From the NCBI GenBank assembly GCA_050246115.1, contig JBFWWP010000020.1, forward strand, positions 28,793-92,792: 64,000 nucleotides of DNA, given 5' to 3'. The translations under genes were made by a program, and so were the position numbers. Within the stretch, counting starts at the first letter, position 1. Each line of letters opens with the position of its first letter. The notes under the pieces are model-generated. The model worked only from the letters and a program-made list of their open reading frames with translations. It was not told the origin of the DNA and made no database searches. Source of the DNA: Planctomycetota bacterium. GTDB taxonomy: Bacteria; Planctomycetota; UBA8108; UBA1146; JAJFFE01. Of this stretch, positions 19,362 through 28,938 are shown one piece after another.

Positions 19362-21092
19362 TTGTCTTACTCGAAGACCTTCCATCCGCGCCCATTCTCG
19401 GCCCACTTCGTGGGAGCTTCCGTGTTCGCTCGCGTTCGTGATCGGGGTGCTGCGACAGGGAACATCCGCGCTACGTTCTCTACGCAAGGGGGTGGCCAGG
19501 ACTTCGTCGTGGGTGAGAGTTCGGTCGCCTACGGAGCGGGCACCAAGGGGACGAGGAAGGGTCGCGAGGAGATCGCGCCCGTGGACGATCACGGCGTGAT
19601 CGAAGCAAGCACGGTGCACGAGCGGCTTCGGTCGTTGCTGGCGCTCGGGAACGAGGTGCGGCTCGAGTTTCTCGATGCGCTGCGGAGCTTGCACGATGAC
19701 CGACTGTGCTTCGAGCTCGGGTACTCGAGCTTCCACCAGTACTGCGATCGGGAGCTGGGGATCGCGAAGAGTACGGCTTATGAGTATCTGAAGGTCGGGA
19801 AGGCCTTGGCGGACTTGCCGGGGCTGCGGGGGATGTTCGCGAGTGGCGACCTGTCGTGGGATCAGGTGCGGCACGCGGCGCGGGTGGCTACGCCGGAGAC
19901 CGAGACGGCCTGGATCGAGCTGGCGTGGGAACTTCCCGTCAGCGAGTTCTTGGCCGAAGTTCGCGATGCTCTTCGCAACGGGCGAGCGGCACCGCGCGAG
20001 AAGCGAAACGGACTGCCGAATCTCGTCACCAAGCTGTCGATCGAGGTGACGCTCGAGGAGAAGGAGCGTGTGCGGACAGCGTTCGCGCTCGTGGCAGAGG
20101 CGCTTGGAGAGGAGGCGCTCGGGGAGAACGAGCCGCAGGGCGACGGCGACGCGCGCCCGACGCTGCTCCGTTGGGCGGATGCGGTTCTCGCTGGGAGGAT
20201 CCCGCTCTCAGCAGGACCGGCAGGTGACGCGGGACGGCGAACTCGACCCGCGCAGGCCATCGTCTATCACTCGTGCCGCGAGTGTCGCACCGCCTCGGTC
20301 CAGACCGAGGACGGTCTCGTGAGCGTGGAGCCCGATCGCATCGCCAGACTGTCTGCGGTCGCGGACACCGTGGACATCTCGACCGGGGCCGTCCCATCCG
20401 GGGGCAACTCAATCGAAGACACATCGACGAGAGTCATCTCAACCGGAGTCAACTCCATCGGCGACGCCTCGTCAGAGAAGGGATCGCCAACCGACAAGGA
20501 AGCCGACACCCCACTTCCCGATGGGCTTCTGGATGCGCCCAACTCGGCTGCGCTATCGCGCAAGGTGATCCTGCGCGACGGGGCACGGTGCGCGAACCCG
20601 GCTTGCGGGTCGAAACGCCGACTGCACGCGCATCACATCATCTTCCGGGCTCGCGGAGGCCGCACTGTGCTCGCGAACGAGGTCGCGGTGTGTGATCGTT
20701 GCCACGCACTGATCCACGCGGATCGGCTCGAGGTGTCGGGCACTATCGACGGTGGCCTCGAGTGGAGACCTCGGCCCTGGAGCGACGCGACGCGGCTTCG
20801 ATGCGCTCGTGAGCTCGGTGAGCGGTTGCGGTCGCTGGTGGGCGAAGTCCATGGACCGGGCCAAGTGGGCCGCGAGCCGTCCCGGTCTTCCATGCTCCGC
20901 GACCCGGTGTCCACGAACGCAGACACGCAGCGCGTCGAAGCTCTCGCGCAGGGTCTGATTCGCCTCGGTTACCGGAAGTCGGAAGCGGTCGCGAGAATCG
21001 AGCACGCACTCGCGCGGCTCGCCGAGGGGGGCTCCAGCACGGACGACGGGGAGGTCCTGCGCCTCGCCATCTGCGTGGGGTCTGGCGCATGA
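19362..21092 (+). CDS. DUF222-type HNH endonuclease (13E12-repeat-family-like), with a C-terminal RuvA-domain-III-like tail
   Basis: ELGYSSFHQYCDRELGIAKSTAYEYLKVGKAL is DUF222-like. CANPACGSKRRLHAHHIIFRARGGRTVLANEVAVCDRCHALIH is an HNH motif. The start is uncertain: the track ORF begins at 19143 but runs through the tandem repeat, so an in-frame TTG at 19362 preceded by GAGGAG is proposed. Confidence 0.6.
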   Translation: MSYSKTFHPRPFSAHFVGASVFARVRDRGAATGNIRATFSTQGGGQDFVVGESSVAYGAGTKGTRKGREEIAPVDDHGVIEASTVHERLRSLLALGNEVRLEFLDALRSLHDDRLCFELGYSSFHQYCDRELGIAKSTAYEYLKVGKALADLPGLRGMFASGDLSWDQVRHAARVATPETETAWIELAWELPVSEFLAEVRDALRNGRAAPREKRNGLPNLVTKLSIEVTLEEKERVRTAFALVAEALGEEALGENEPQGDGDARPTLLRWADAVLAGRIPLSAGPAGDAGRRTRPAQAIVYHSCRECRTASVQTEDGLVSVEPDRIARLSAVADTVDISTGAVPSGGNSIEDTSTRVISTGVNSIGDASSEKGSPTDKEADTPLPDGLLDAPNSAALSRKVILRDGARCANPACGSKRRLHAHHIIFRARGGRTVLANEVAVCDRCHALIHADRLEVSGTIDGGLEWRPRPWSDATRLRCARELGERLRSLVGEVHGPGQVGREPSRSSMLRDPVSTNADTQRVEALAQGLIRLGYRKSEAVARIEHALARLAEGGSSTDDGEVLRLAICVGSGA

Positions 21093-21191
21093 GACCGACA
21101 GCCCGGCTTCAAGTACATGCTCTACGTGCCGATCAACCCGGTCGCCGCCGGGCTCGTTCGGCGCGCCAACGATTGGCCCGAAAGCAAAGTG
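21093..21191 (+). pseudogene. C-terminal remnant of an IS200-like / REP-associated tyrosine transposase (COG1943 family)
   Basis: The frame opens right after the HNH stop: DRQPGFKYMLYVPINPVAAGLVRRANDWPES resembles the conserved transposase C-terminus (Y-I-x-x-NPV-x-x-G-x-V ... DWP-x-S). No N-terminal part was found. Confidence 0.35.
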
Positions 21192-21530
21192 CTACCCCAC
21201 GAGATCGGCAACGCGTCGGGAAGGTCAGCCGACCGGACCTCTTCTTCGACTCGAACGGAGAGTGCCGGAAGCGGCGGAACTCCAGACGCCACTCCCCGCA
21301 TCCAAGGGATGTCGGCACCAATACCGTGATCCCGCAGTCGCGGTTCGCCTATCCCAAGGGCGGCGAACCCCGACCCTGCATGAAACCCGCGACTCGCAAC
21401 CTCGAATCGAGCAAGGCGCTGCCACAGGTGGCAGAGAACGGCTGTGGCACGGACGGCGTGAATCCCGCGCCTACCGATCTCGCGGGGCGAAGGGCATGAA
21501 CTGACGGCGAAGAGCGTCAGCTACAAGCCC

Positions 21531-23183
21531 TCAAGGGCAGAATGACGTCCGGCACGGAAGGTCCTCGCCGAGTGGAGCGGCGTCGCACTCGGGGAACGGC
21601 GGTTGGCCCGGGGGGCTTCCCATGAAGAACAGGTACTGCAGCAGACACACGGCGTCGGTCATGCTGACCGCGCCGTCGACGTCGAAGTCGTTCTGCGCCG
21701 CGCAAGGCGAGGTCTCCCCGCTGTACAGGTACTCGAGAATCGCCATGGCGTCGGCCATGTCCACCAGACCGCTCCGGTTCGCGTCGCCGCGCAGGTAGTG
21801 TCGCCGCGGGAGGTTCCCGGTGTGATAGAAACCTGCCTTATGGGCATCGTGGCCGATCATCCCCCACTCCACTCGTGGCACACCGGGGCCGGGGTTCTCG
21901 ACATCCCAAGCGTGCAGATTCCCCTGGTGACCGACGATGACCTCTAAGTCGTTGTCCCCATCGAGGTCCGCAATCGCGAGGGTACGCGGGGGGAATTGGG
22001 ACCATGACGGAAACACTTTGGGCCAACCGGGGAGTTCGTTCATGGACAGGTCGAGGAGATGGATTTGCTCCAGGTTGCCAGCGACGTTTGTACTCCAGGC
22101 GGCGATCTCGGCGAGGCCATCACCGTTGAAGTCAGCGACCGCGACGGCCATATAGAACGCGTACTCGTCTGTGGACGATGTCTGTGCCATGATGCCCACG
22201 CCCAGCTTCCACACCGTGATCTCGAACCCAGCCGAAACGACCTCGAGGCTACCGTCCGAGTCCACGTCGGCTATCGCCAACGGTACATTGGGCGACGCAT
22301 CTGCGAAATAGGAACCGGCAAATGCGGTCCCGTCGCGATTCATGACGAAGACGTGCGCGAAGTTTCCGACGATTTCGGAAGTCAGGTCTCCGTCCAAGTC
22401 CGCAATAGCAGGATTCGCAGCGATCTCCGGGCCCCCCAACCCCGGCGGAAACGCCGGCCACCCGGGTCGCGTGGTCCCATCGCCGTTCAACACAAACACC
22501 GGACCGGGAACCCAGGTCCCTTGATATCCCGAGAAGCTCACGACGATCTCATTCGTACCATCGAACTCTAAGTCACCGACCGCGACGCCCACGATTCCGT
22601 AGATCGGCGAGAGTTCCTCGAACACTCGCGGAAAGCCTGGGTGGTACTGACCATCGCCGCCGTAAACGAACAAGATTCCGTGGAGTTGAGAGCCGTCGCC
22701 AACGAGAATCTCCAAGTCGCCGTCGTTGTCGATGTCACCCAGACAAAGCTGACGGACGGCAGACCCGGGCGCGTCTACCTCCACGGGCCAGCCTGGCTTG
22801 AGCTGGCCATCACAGGTCACCGCGTAGACCGTCTTGTCCGTCGACCGGCGCCCCTCGAACACCACGTCGAGTTCGCCGTCACCGTCGATGTCGCCCACCA
22901 GGGGGGGAAGGTATGCTCCCCCTATCTCCTGCGGCGACGTGGGAAGAACGAACGGCCAGCCGGGCAGGACGTTACCTTGTCCATCGACCGCGACGATGTT
23001 GCCACCCCTCGAGACCACGATGTCGGGGAGTCCGTTGCCCGAGAGATCGGCAACCAACAGCTTGTTGAAGGGCCCGGAGGTGGTCGCTAGCGGGAATCCC
23101 GTCTGGGGATCCGACGCAAGGAGGCCGTGCACGGAGAGGCTGGCCGCTGAGACCGCGGCCAGCAGAGTCGCTCGAACGCTCAT
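21531..23183 (-). CDS. Secreted FG-GAP/VCBS-repeat beta-propeller protein with a C-terminal tandem dockerin-like module
   Basis: Signal peptide MSVRATLLAAVSAASLSVHG. Many GDxDGDGxxD/ADxDGD repeats (FG-GAP-like). The C-terminus RGDANRSGLVDMADAMAILEYLYSG...NDFDVDGAVSMTDAVCLLQYLFFMG is two dockerin type-I-like calcium loops plus helices, followed by a Cys-rich tail ending FCP. Confidence 0.7.
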   Translation of the reverse strand: MSVRATLLAAVSAASLSVHGLLASDPQTGFPLATTSGPFNKLLVADLSGNGLPDIVVSRGGNIVAVDGQGNVLPGWPFVLPTSPQEIGGAYLPPLVGDIDGDGELDVVFEGRRSTDKTVYAVTCDGQLKPGWPVEVDAPGSAVRQLCLGDIDNDGDLEILVGDGSQLHGILFVYGGDGQYHPGFPRVFEELSPIYGIVGVAVGDLEFDGTNEIVVSFSGYQGTWVPGPVFVLNGDGTTRPGWPAFPPGLGGPEIAANPAIADLDGDLTSEIVGNFAHVFVMNRDGTAFAGSYFADASPNVPLAIADVDSDGSLEVVSAGFEITVWKLGVGIMAQTSSTDEYAFYMAVAVADFNGDGLAEIAAWSTNVAGNLEQIHLLDLSMNELPGWPKVFPSWSQFPPRTLAIADLDGDNDLEVIVGHQGNLHAWDVENPGPGVPRVEWGMIGHDAHKAGFYHTGNLPRRHYLRGDANRSGLVDMADAMAILEYLYSGETSPCAAQNDFDVDGAVSMTDAVCLLQYLFFMGSPPGQPPFPECDAAPLGEDLPCRTSFCP

Positions 23184-24022
23184 GGGCACCCCGCCCCGGC
23201 GGCCACACAGTCGAGCGCGTCCGCGGTTGGATCGAATCCACAAATCGTCGGTCCAGGGGCTGGAGGCGGTGAGCCCGGCGGAGAACCGAACAGAAAACCG
23301 AGCAGGTACACCGAGTCCGCGATGTTGATGTCGCCAAGGTCGTTCGTGTCGGCAGCGTCGCGACACAGGAACGTGCATGGCGGAGCCGGTGGGACGGGAG
23401 GAAACAACACGCAGAGAATGAACACCACGTCCGCAACGTTGACGGCTGCGTCCAGATTCGCATCGCCTCTCTTGAAGTCACCGTCAAGCCGCTCGTCCGC
23501 GCCGCGGTCTACAACGCCCGATTGGACCCGCGGCTCTCGGTCGACGTCCAAGTCGAAAGGCGCAAACACTGCCCAGCCGGGGGCCGGATTCTGGCCGGTG
23601 TTCGCAGCGGTCGAGCTTGCCCCGAGGTGTGGGTTGTCGTCAGGAGGCACAGGATAGAAGATGCTCGCGGTTGGGGGGTTCGGATTGTTCGTGGCCACCC
23701 CACCGAACAGGTCGAGGCTAAGGGGACACCCTCCGGGAAATTCGTCCTTGGCGTGCGAGTACTGAAGAGGTGTCGTCACTGGACCCGTCCCGGTGCAGCA
23801 GGCCAGCCACTCCGTGAACGAAAGTGCAAACGGGCTGAGATTGTTCGACACTACGTTGTTGGTGGCGCGCCACTGCACATAGCCGGACGCCTCAGAGTGA
23901 AACGCGCCCACTATGTGACTGCGCGTATGTGTGTGACTGCGCGATTCGATCGCCTTCGGCTCTGTGAGCTTAGCGACCTCAAAGCCGACTTCGCAAGCTC
24001 CGTCTCTTGGAATCCGTTTCAT
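23180..24022 (-). CDS. Hypothetical protein with the same C-terminal tandem dockerin-like module
   Basis: 280 aa. C-terminus KRGDANLDAAVNVADVVFILCVLF...CRDAADTNDLGDINIADSVYLLGFLFGSPPGSPPPAPGPTICGFDPTADALDCVAAGAGCP. Overlaps the FG-GAP gene start by 4 nt (ATGA). No obvious signal peptide from the annotated start, so the start is uncertain. Confidence 0.5.
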   Translation of the reverse strand: MKRIPRDGACEVGFEVAKLTEPKAIESRSHTHTRSHIVGAFHSEASGYVQWRATNNVVSNNLSPFALSFTEWLACCTGTGPVTTPLQYSHAKDEFPGGCPLSLDLFGGVATNNPNPPTASIFYPVPPDDNPHLGASSTAANTGQNPAPGWAVFAPFDLDVDREPRVQSGVVDRGADERLDGDFKRGDANLDAAVNVADVVFILCVLFPPVPPAPPCTFLCRDAADTNDLGDINIADSVYLLGFLFGSPPGSPPPAPGPTICGFDPTADALDCVAAGAGCP

Positions 24023-24448
24023 GCGCCGGAAGTGGATCCACGACCACCGCTTGGGTCGGAAGGCGACAAAGGCCCCCCGGCCCGAGAGTCATCTCGACGA
24101 CCTAACCTACAGTAGCGGCCACGGCCCGCACCCTCGCAAGCCGACTCGAGTTGGAGCGACACTCAACAAGCTCACCCCGTTGGACGGGCGCGTTGCACGT
24201 CCACATCGCCCATGAGACGCACTGGATGTTTGCACGGACGGACTTCTCCGAGCGGATCCAACTCGGTATCAGCAGCGAGGCGATCGAGCGCCTTCGGCGG
24301 GTCGTCGCGAGCCCGGGGACCGAACGCTAAGGCGCCAGCGAGGTTCGAGCCGAGGAATGCCACGGCCCGATCGGGCACTCGCGGAGAGTTTTCCGGATCA
24401 CCCGCTTGTTCGGACCCAATGTCGACGAGGCCGAGATCCCGGTCCCCG

Positions 24449-24498
24449 ATCAGCCCGGTCTCCAATCAGCCCGGTCTCCCCGATTAGCCCGTCTCTCC
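24449..24498. repeat. Degenerate tandem repeat atcagcccggtctcc x2, plus a third diverged unit
   Basis: Read directly. It lies immediately 3' of the stop of the SEC-C-motif gene. Confidence 0.6.
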
Positions 24499-24499
24499 G

Positions 24500-25396
24500 T
24501 CAGCTCGCAGCCTGGCAGCACTTCTTGAACTTCTTGCCGCTGCCACACGAGCAGGGGTCGTTGCGACCGGGTGCGCGGCCGGGCTTCGCGGCAACGCGCA
24601 TACCGTTCGCTGACGCCGAGGGCTGCGCGGCAACCGGGCCGCTATAGTGCCTTTGCCGCGACGCACGATAGATGCGGCGAATCACTTCGTGACGACGCGC
24701 TGCCTCCTCGAAGAACTCCGGGACCTGCGCCTCGACCGCAGCGACGACTTGGTTGGCCTCCCGCGAAATCGGATCGTGTTGTGTGTCGAACCAACGGCGT
24801 GCCTCATAGTCGGCGCACAGGCTCAACATCACGTCGCCAGTGGCGGTGTCGACGAGTCCGACCCTCACCTCGGTACAAGCGCACCCGATCAAACCGCAAT
24901 AGTGCTCGATTACGATCAGGGACTTGCTTTCGAAGTCTACCGACGCCGCCATCGCGAACGGAAACACCGAGTAGTAGTCGATCGTCTCGCGCGTCTGTTC
25001 CATCTGCTCGAACGGAAAGCGAATGAACGTCTGGTCCGGGTCGACCTCCGCAATTGCGACGCGTTTCGCCCCCAGAAACCGAGACCGCAACGAGTTCCAC
25101 TGATCGGCACTGAGAGCTCCAGCAAACCACTCCCCAAACTCCGCTCGCCGCGCCGCGTGCTTCTCATCCGCCTCGCGGGCCACGTAAGACATCTCGAAGG
25201 GATCCACCTGAATCCCGATCCCCGACGCCGTCCGCAACCGTTCGCTCGCCGCAGATGATGCCGACTGCACGAGTATGCTTATCGTCGTGCACTCACAGAT
25301 CGCGCTCGCACACGCGCTCAATTCGCACAGATACTCCTCGGGGCCGTCGTCGGTCGAGATCACGAACGGCACCTTCGGGCGTGCACTCGAGTCCAA
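24500..25396 (-). CDS. SEC-C-motif (zinc-binding) domain protein, YecA-like
   Basis: C-terminus NDPCSCGSGKKFKKCCQ is a SecA-C-like metal-binding motif. Confidence 0.6.
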   Translation of the reverse strand: MDSSARPKVPFVISTDDGPEEYLCELSACASAICECTTISILVQSASSAASERLRTASGIGIQVDPFEMSYVAREADEKHAARRAEFGEWFAGALSADQWNSLRSRFLGAKRVAIAEVDPDQTFIRFPFEQMEQTRETIDYYSVFPFAMAASVDFESKSLIVIEHYCGLIGCACTEVRVGLVDTATGDVMLSLCADYEARRWFDTQHDPISREANQVVAAVEAQVPEFFEEAARRHEVIRRIYRASRQRHYSGPVAAQPSASANGMRVAAKPGRAPGRNDPCSCGSGKKFKKCCQAAS

Positions 25397-25772
25397 GAGT
25401 CTCCCTCGATTCGGTCAAATTGGAGGCCTCACCCAGAGGACGCTGTCGGTGGGCGCGGCGCCCATGACATCGTCTTCGTTCCTGCGTTGCCGATCCGGAC
25501 GCCGCCCGTCGTGCAGGTGAGGCGTGGTCTCGATTCGACCCGCGGCGACTGGATCGGTTATAAAGGATCCAACCTTCGCGGCCCATACCGGAAGGCGTCC
25601 GACATCCGCTCGTGGCGGTTCGTATCCCGTCGACGGAAGCCTCTGCGTAGAATCCCGGACCGCAGATCCCCGCCTGGCCGCGAAGCTGCCCAGCCGGCTT
25701 CCTGGGACGTTCACGGGCGGATCGGCGGCCAGCGCGGACCCGGACTCGGACTTGGACTTCGGAAGGGGTGAG

Positions 25773-26027
25773 ATGGCGGAGCCTATCGATCCGTTGATTC
25801 TTGATCTCCTCGAGTGGATCGGACCGTCGCGGCGCGCCTACTCCGAGGTCATGGAGGCATGGCGCACGTCGTGTCCGCGGCTATCGGTGTGGGAGCAAGC
25901 CAGTGCGCGTGGGTTTCTCGAGCGACACCACGAGCCGCCCGCGGCGCCCACGGTGTCGGTCACCGAGGTCGGGCGAGCGTTCGTTCGAGACCATCGCCCA
26001 CCCGGGTTCGATGGCGAGGAAGGGTAG
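25773..26027 (+). CDS. Small hypothetical protein (84 aa)
   Basis: Good RBS GGAAGGGGTGAG directly upstream of ATG 25773. Has no Arg-rich composition. Product MAEPIDPLILDLLEWIGPSRRAY... Confidence 0.35.
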   Translation: MAEPIDPLILDLLEWIGPSRRAYSEVMEAWRTSCPRLSVWEQASARGFLERHHEPPAAPTVSVTEVGRAFVRDHRPPGFDGEEG

Positions 26028-26091
26028 GCAGCTCATGAGAGTTCGAACCTTCGAGGGATGAGGCCAACAGGCCAACCGAAGGAGCAGCAGT

Positions 26092-26283
26092 ATGACGTCG
26101 ACCTCCGCGATGGTGAACCGCGCGCTTCGGGTGAGCGTCACTCCGGTGCTTCGCGAGGCCGGGTTTACGAAGATCGACGCCCGCAACGGCTGGCGCTGGC
26201 TCGACAAAGTCGTTTGGGTGTTCAACGTTCGTAGCGTGAGGGGGCTGCCTTGGCCAGCTGCACGCTCCCAACGGCCGAGCTGA
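26092..26283 (+). CDS. Short ORF resembling the N-terminus of a DUF4304-like protein (possible gene fragment)
   Basis: AAGGAG sits 8 nt upstream of the ATG. VTPVLREAGFTKIDARNGWRWLDKVVWVFNVRS resembles the start of that family, but the ORF stops after 63 aa. Confidence 0.25.
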   Translation: MTSTSAMVNRALRVSVTPVLREAGFTKIDARNGWRWLDKVVWVFNVRSVRGLPWPAARSQRPS

Positions 26284-26385
26284 CGTCGAGTCTCGCGCAA
26301 AGAGCGTCGGCTTCGTCAGCACAACAGCGTGGCTACCGAAGCGGTGTGTCCGCTGATCGTCGCTCTCAGAAGCCTCGGGAGGACT

Positions 26386-27804
26386 TTAGTCGCTGGGGTC
26401 GTCGAGCAGGTCTTGGAAGTCGATACCGCGTTCGCGTTCGAGGCGCTTCTCCATCGCGAAGGCGTAGCGTTCGGTGACGTACCTTCGGTAGAGGTCTTCG
26501 TAGCAGCTGACTTCGAGAACGGGGCGAAGGTTGTGAATGCGGTCGAGGAGGAAGCGCTGTTCGGCGGACCCCAGGTAGGACAGGGCGTGGGTGAAGAGGT
26601 TGCCAAGAGCGCAGAGAAGGAGCGCCGGGTTGTTGATCAGATGAACTCGAGAGACGAGGTCCTCGAACCCAACGCGAAGGGCGTCGTCGTCCACGAGCAG
26701 AATGTAGGTCTCGAGCAGAAGCAGTCGAGAGCGTGCCTCCATGCAGTTTCGCTCTTGCGCTTCGTCGAGTAGCTTGCGGATGAAGATCAGCGCCGAGCGG
26801 TGATCGCCTTCGTAGAGGCAGAAGTGAACCTGCGCGATCTTGGCGTCGAGCGCGCCGGGGTAGTGCGGGGGGTCACAGGCTTCGAAGGAGGTCTGCGCCT
26901 GTTGGATCAGTCCGAGGCCGGCATCGAAGCGCCCCTCCTGCACGTGCAGCTCACCCTCGTACAGTTGCGCGTAGGCGGACTGGATGGCGAACCGGTCGCG
27001 CTCGCGGCTCAGAAACGGCCTCGCCTCGGTGAGTTCCTTCCACGCAAGCTGGGTTTGCTTGAGATCAATCGCACACTTGCAAGCGTTCAGGTGCGATCGC
27101 ACCAAGAAGTGAGTGTCTGCGATCGCCTCGGCGCGCGCACGCGAGTCGGGATTCGCGTTGACCTTCAGTGCTTCCTGGTACTGCCCGCTCGCCCAGTAGA
27201 GGTTCGCGACCTGCAGCGTAAGGCTGAGTTCCAGGGAGAAGCCCGAAGCGGCACTTCGGCACAGACCCTGATGGAGGTAGCGTGCAGCCTGCTCGAAGTG
27301 GCCTAGTCGTCGAAACACAAGACCTAGGTTTCTCAACGTGAGACACTGAACGAACTGCCGCAATGTCGGCGACCCGGGAGCATGCTCTGAGGCCTCCATG
27401 CATTCTGCAAGCAAAGGAACTGCTTCCGTACCGCGACCCGCAAGCGCCAATGAGTAGCCGATGGCGGAACGGAGGAGAACCACTCCCAAGTCTGGTTCAC
27501 CGTCGAGCCAACGCTCCAGCGCGCGCAGGTCGTTCAGCCGTGGATCGCCGCTCCAACGGAGGTAGGAAAACAGAAGCAGCGCATAGAGGTCCGGCACTCG
27601 GGATCGAAAGTCGCGCAGTGCCGCGCCTACTGCATCGACGGAGTCGTGCCTGAGAACAATGTCGATCTGCGTGAACAATTCAGAGGCAGAGTCATCCCGG
27701 TGGGAGCCGTGGCGGTGGAGTGCATCTCGGGCGCACTCCAGACTCGCAGACGCGAAGAAAGCCTGGAACAACCAAGCTCGATCGGGGTCCGCTGGATTGA
27801 CCAT
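26386..27804 (-). CDS. Cytoplasmic tetratricopeptide-repeat (TPR) protein, hypothetical regulator
   Basis: 472 aa with repeated TPR-like helical pairs (for example LGLVFRRLGHFEQAARYLHQGL, ANLYWASGQYQEALKV) and no signal peptide. Confidence 0.55.
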   Translation of the reverse strand: MVNPADPDRAWLFQAFFASASLECARDALHRHGSHRDDSASELFTQIDIVLRHDSVDAVGAALRDFRSRVPDLYALLLFSYLRWSGDPRLNDLRALERWLDGEPDLGVVLLRSAIGYSLALAGRGTEAVPLLAECMEASEHAPGSPTLRQFVQCLTLRNLGLVFRRLGHFEQAARYLHQGLCRSAASGFSLELSLTLQVANLYWASGQYQEALKVNANPDSRARAEAIADTHFLVRSHLNACKCAIDLKQTQLAWKELTEARPFLSRERDRFAIQSAYAQLYEGELHVQEGRFDAGLGLIQQAQTSFEACDPPHYPGALDAKIAQVHFCLYEGDHRSALIFIRKLLDEAQERNCMEARSRLLLLETYILLVDDDALRVGFEDLVSRVHLINNPALLLCALGNLFTHALSYLGSAEQRFLLDRIHNLRPVLEVSCYEDLYRRYVTERYAFAMEKRLERERGIDFQDLLDDPSD

Positions 27805-27825
27805 GCTTGCCTCCTTCCCTCCGCG

Positions 27826-28470
27826 CTACTCGACTGCCACGTTGGAAAGCACACCCGCGGTGCAGTCGGCGCCGATGACGACCTTCGGAGTTCCTTCGCC
27901 TCCGAAGAACAGCTCCAGTCGATAATGGGTGACTCGTTGCGTTCCCGATGAGCGCACTACTCGAAGCCCCGTGAGCTTGCGCATAGACATCTCCGCCGCA
28001 CACGGTTGAGCGATCGCGGCTGGCGGGTGCGACAGAACGGTTGCAATCATCTCGAGCCCCACCGAGTCAGGCACCACGTGCCCCTTCACGTGAACCGCGG
28101 CAGAAGCGTTGGCTCGGACATAAGTGGTCGCTGCGAGTCCGGAGCCGCTGGGTTGAAAGTGGACCCACGACCAAGTGAGAGCGCCGACCGACAAACTACC
28201 GAAGTAGATCTTGTCGCCCGCGGGAGACTCGAAGAAGAGATTGAACGAAAGCTGGTCTACAACTCCACCAGCGGCCAGTAGCGGGTCAATCTGTGTACGA
28301 AGCTCGGGGCTGGACAAGGAGGCACTCAGAGCATCGAGATCGGCAAAATCCCGAGCAAGCACCGCCCCGACGACATCCCCCCCATCGGTCTGTGCCCAGC
28401 CCACGTCGCGCAGCACGCCCAGTGCCGCGAGCGTGAGTAACACGGCCACCAGTTTCCGAGAAGTCGACAT
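27826..28470 (-). CDS. Secreted hypothetical protein
   Basis: Internal ATG gives MSTSRKLVAVLLTLAALGVLRDVGWAQ, a signal peptide. Lies immediately upstream of the TPR gene on the same strand. Confidence 0.45.
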   Translation of the reverse strand: MSTSRKLVAVLLTLAALGVLRDVGWAQTDGGDVVGAVLARDFADLDALSASLSSPELRTQIDPLLAAGGVVDQLSFNLFFESPAGDKIYFGSLSVGALTWSWVHFQPSGSGLAATTYVRANASAAVHVKGHVVPDSVGLEMIATVLSHPPAAIAQPCAAEMSMRKLTGLRVVRSSGTQRVTHYRLELFFGGEGTPKVVIGADCTAGVLSNVAVE

Positions 28471-28938
28471 GATTGCCTCCTCCGGTCTCTGCGGCGGGTA
28501 CTCGACCATTCACGAAGGGATCCGGCCCTTACGGATCCAGGAACATGAAGCTAGGGCGCGGCGGACCACGCATCAAGCTTCCTGCAAGAAATGAGTACCG
28601 CGCCATCCCCCGGCGACCCCATTCGGGGGTCGCTCGTCCGCATCCGGACACCCGGTCCGGTCCCCGCGGACTCCTTGACCACGGCCGGGGATTGTAGTCG
28701 CACGCGAGGGTCTCCGGAAGAGGGGCCGGGGCCGCAGAACCGCTGGCGTCGCGGGGATCGGGTTCCGACCGGGACAGCGCGCCATCCAGGCCAGGAGGCT
28801 GTCGGGAGGTGACCGCCCTTCTCGGTCTGTACACGAACCGACGATCGCTTCACCCGAGGACGCTCGCCTTCGGCGCTGCTCTCTTCTGGAGGCGCCGAGC
28901 GCGAACTCGAGTTGCTTGTCAATGAGCTTGCCTTGGGC

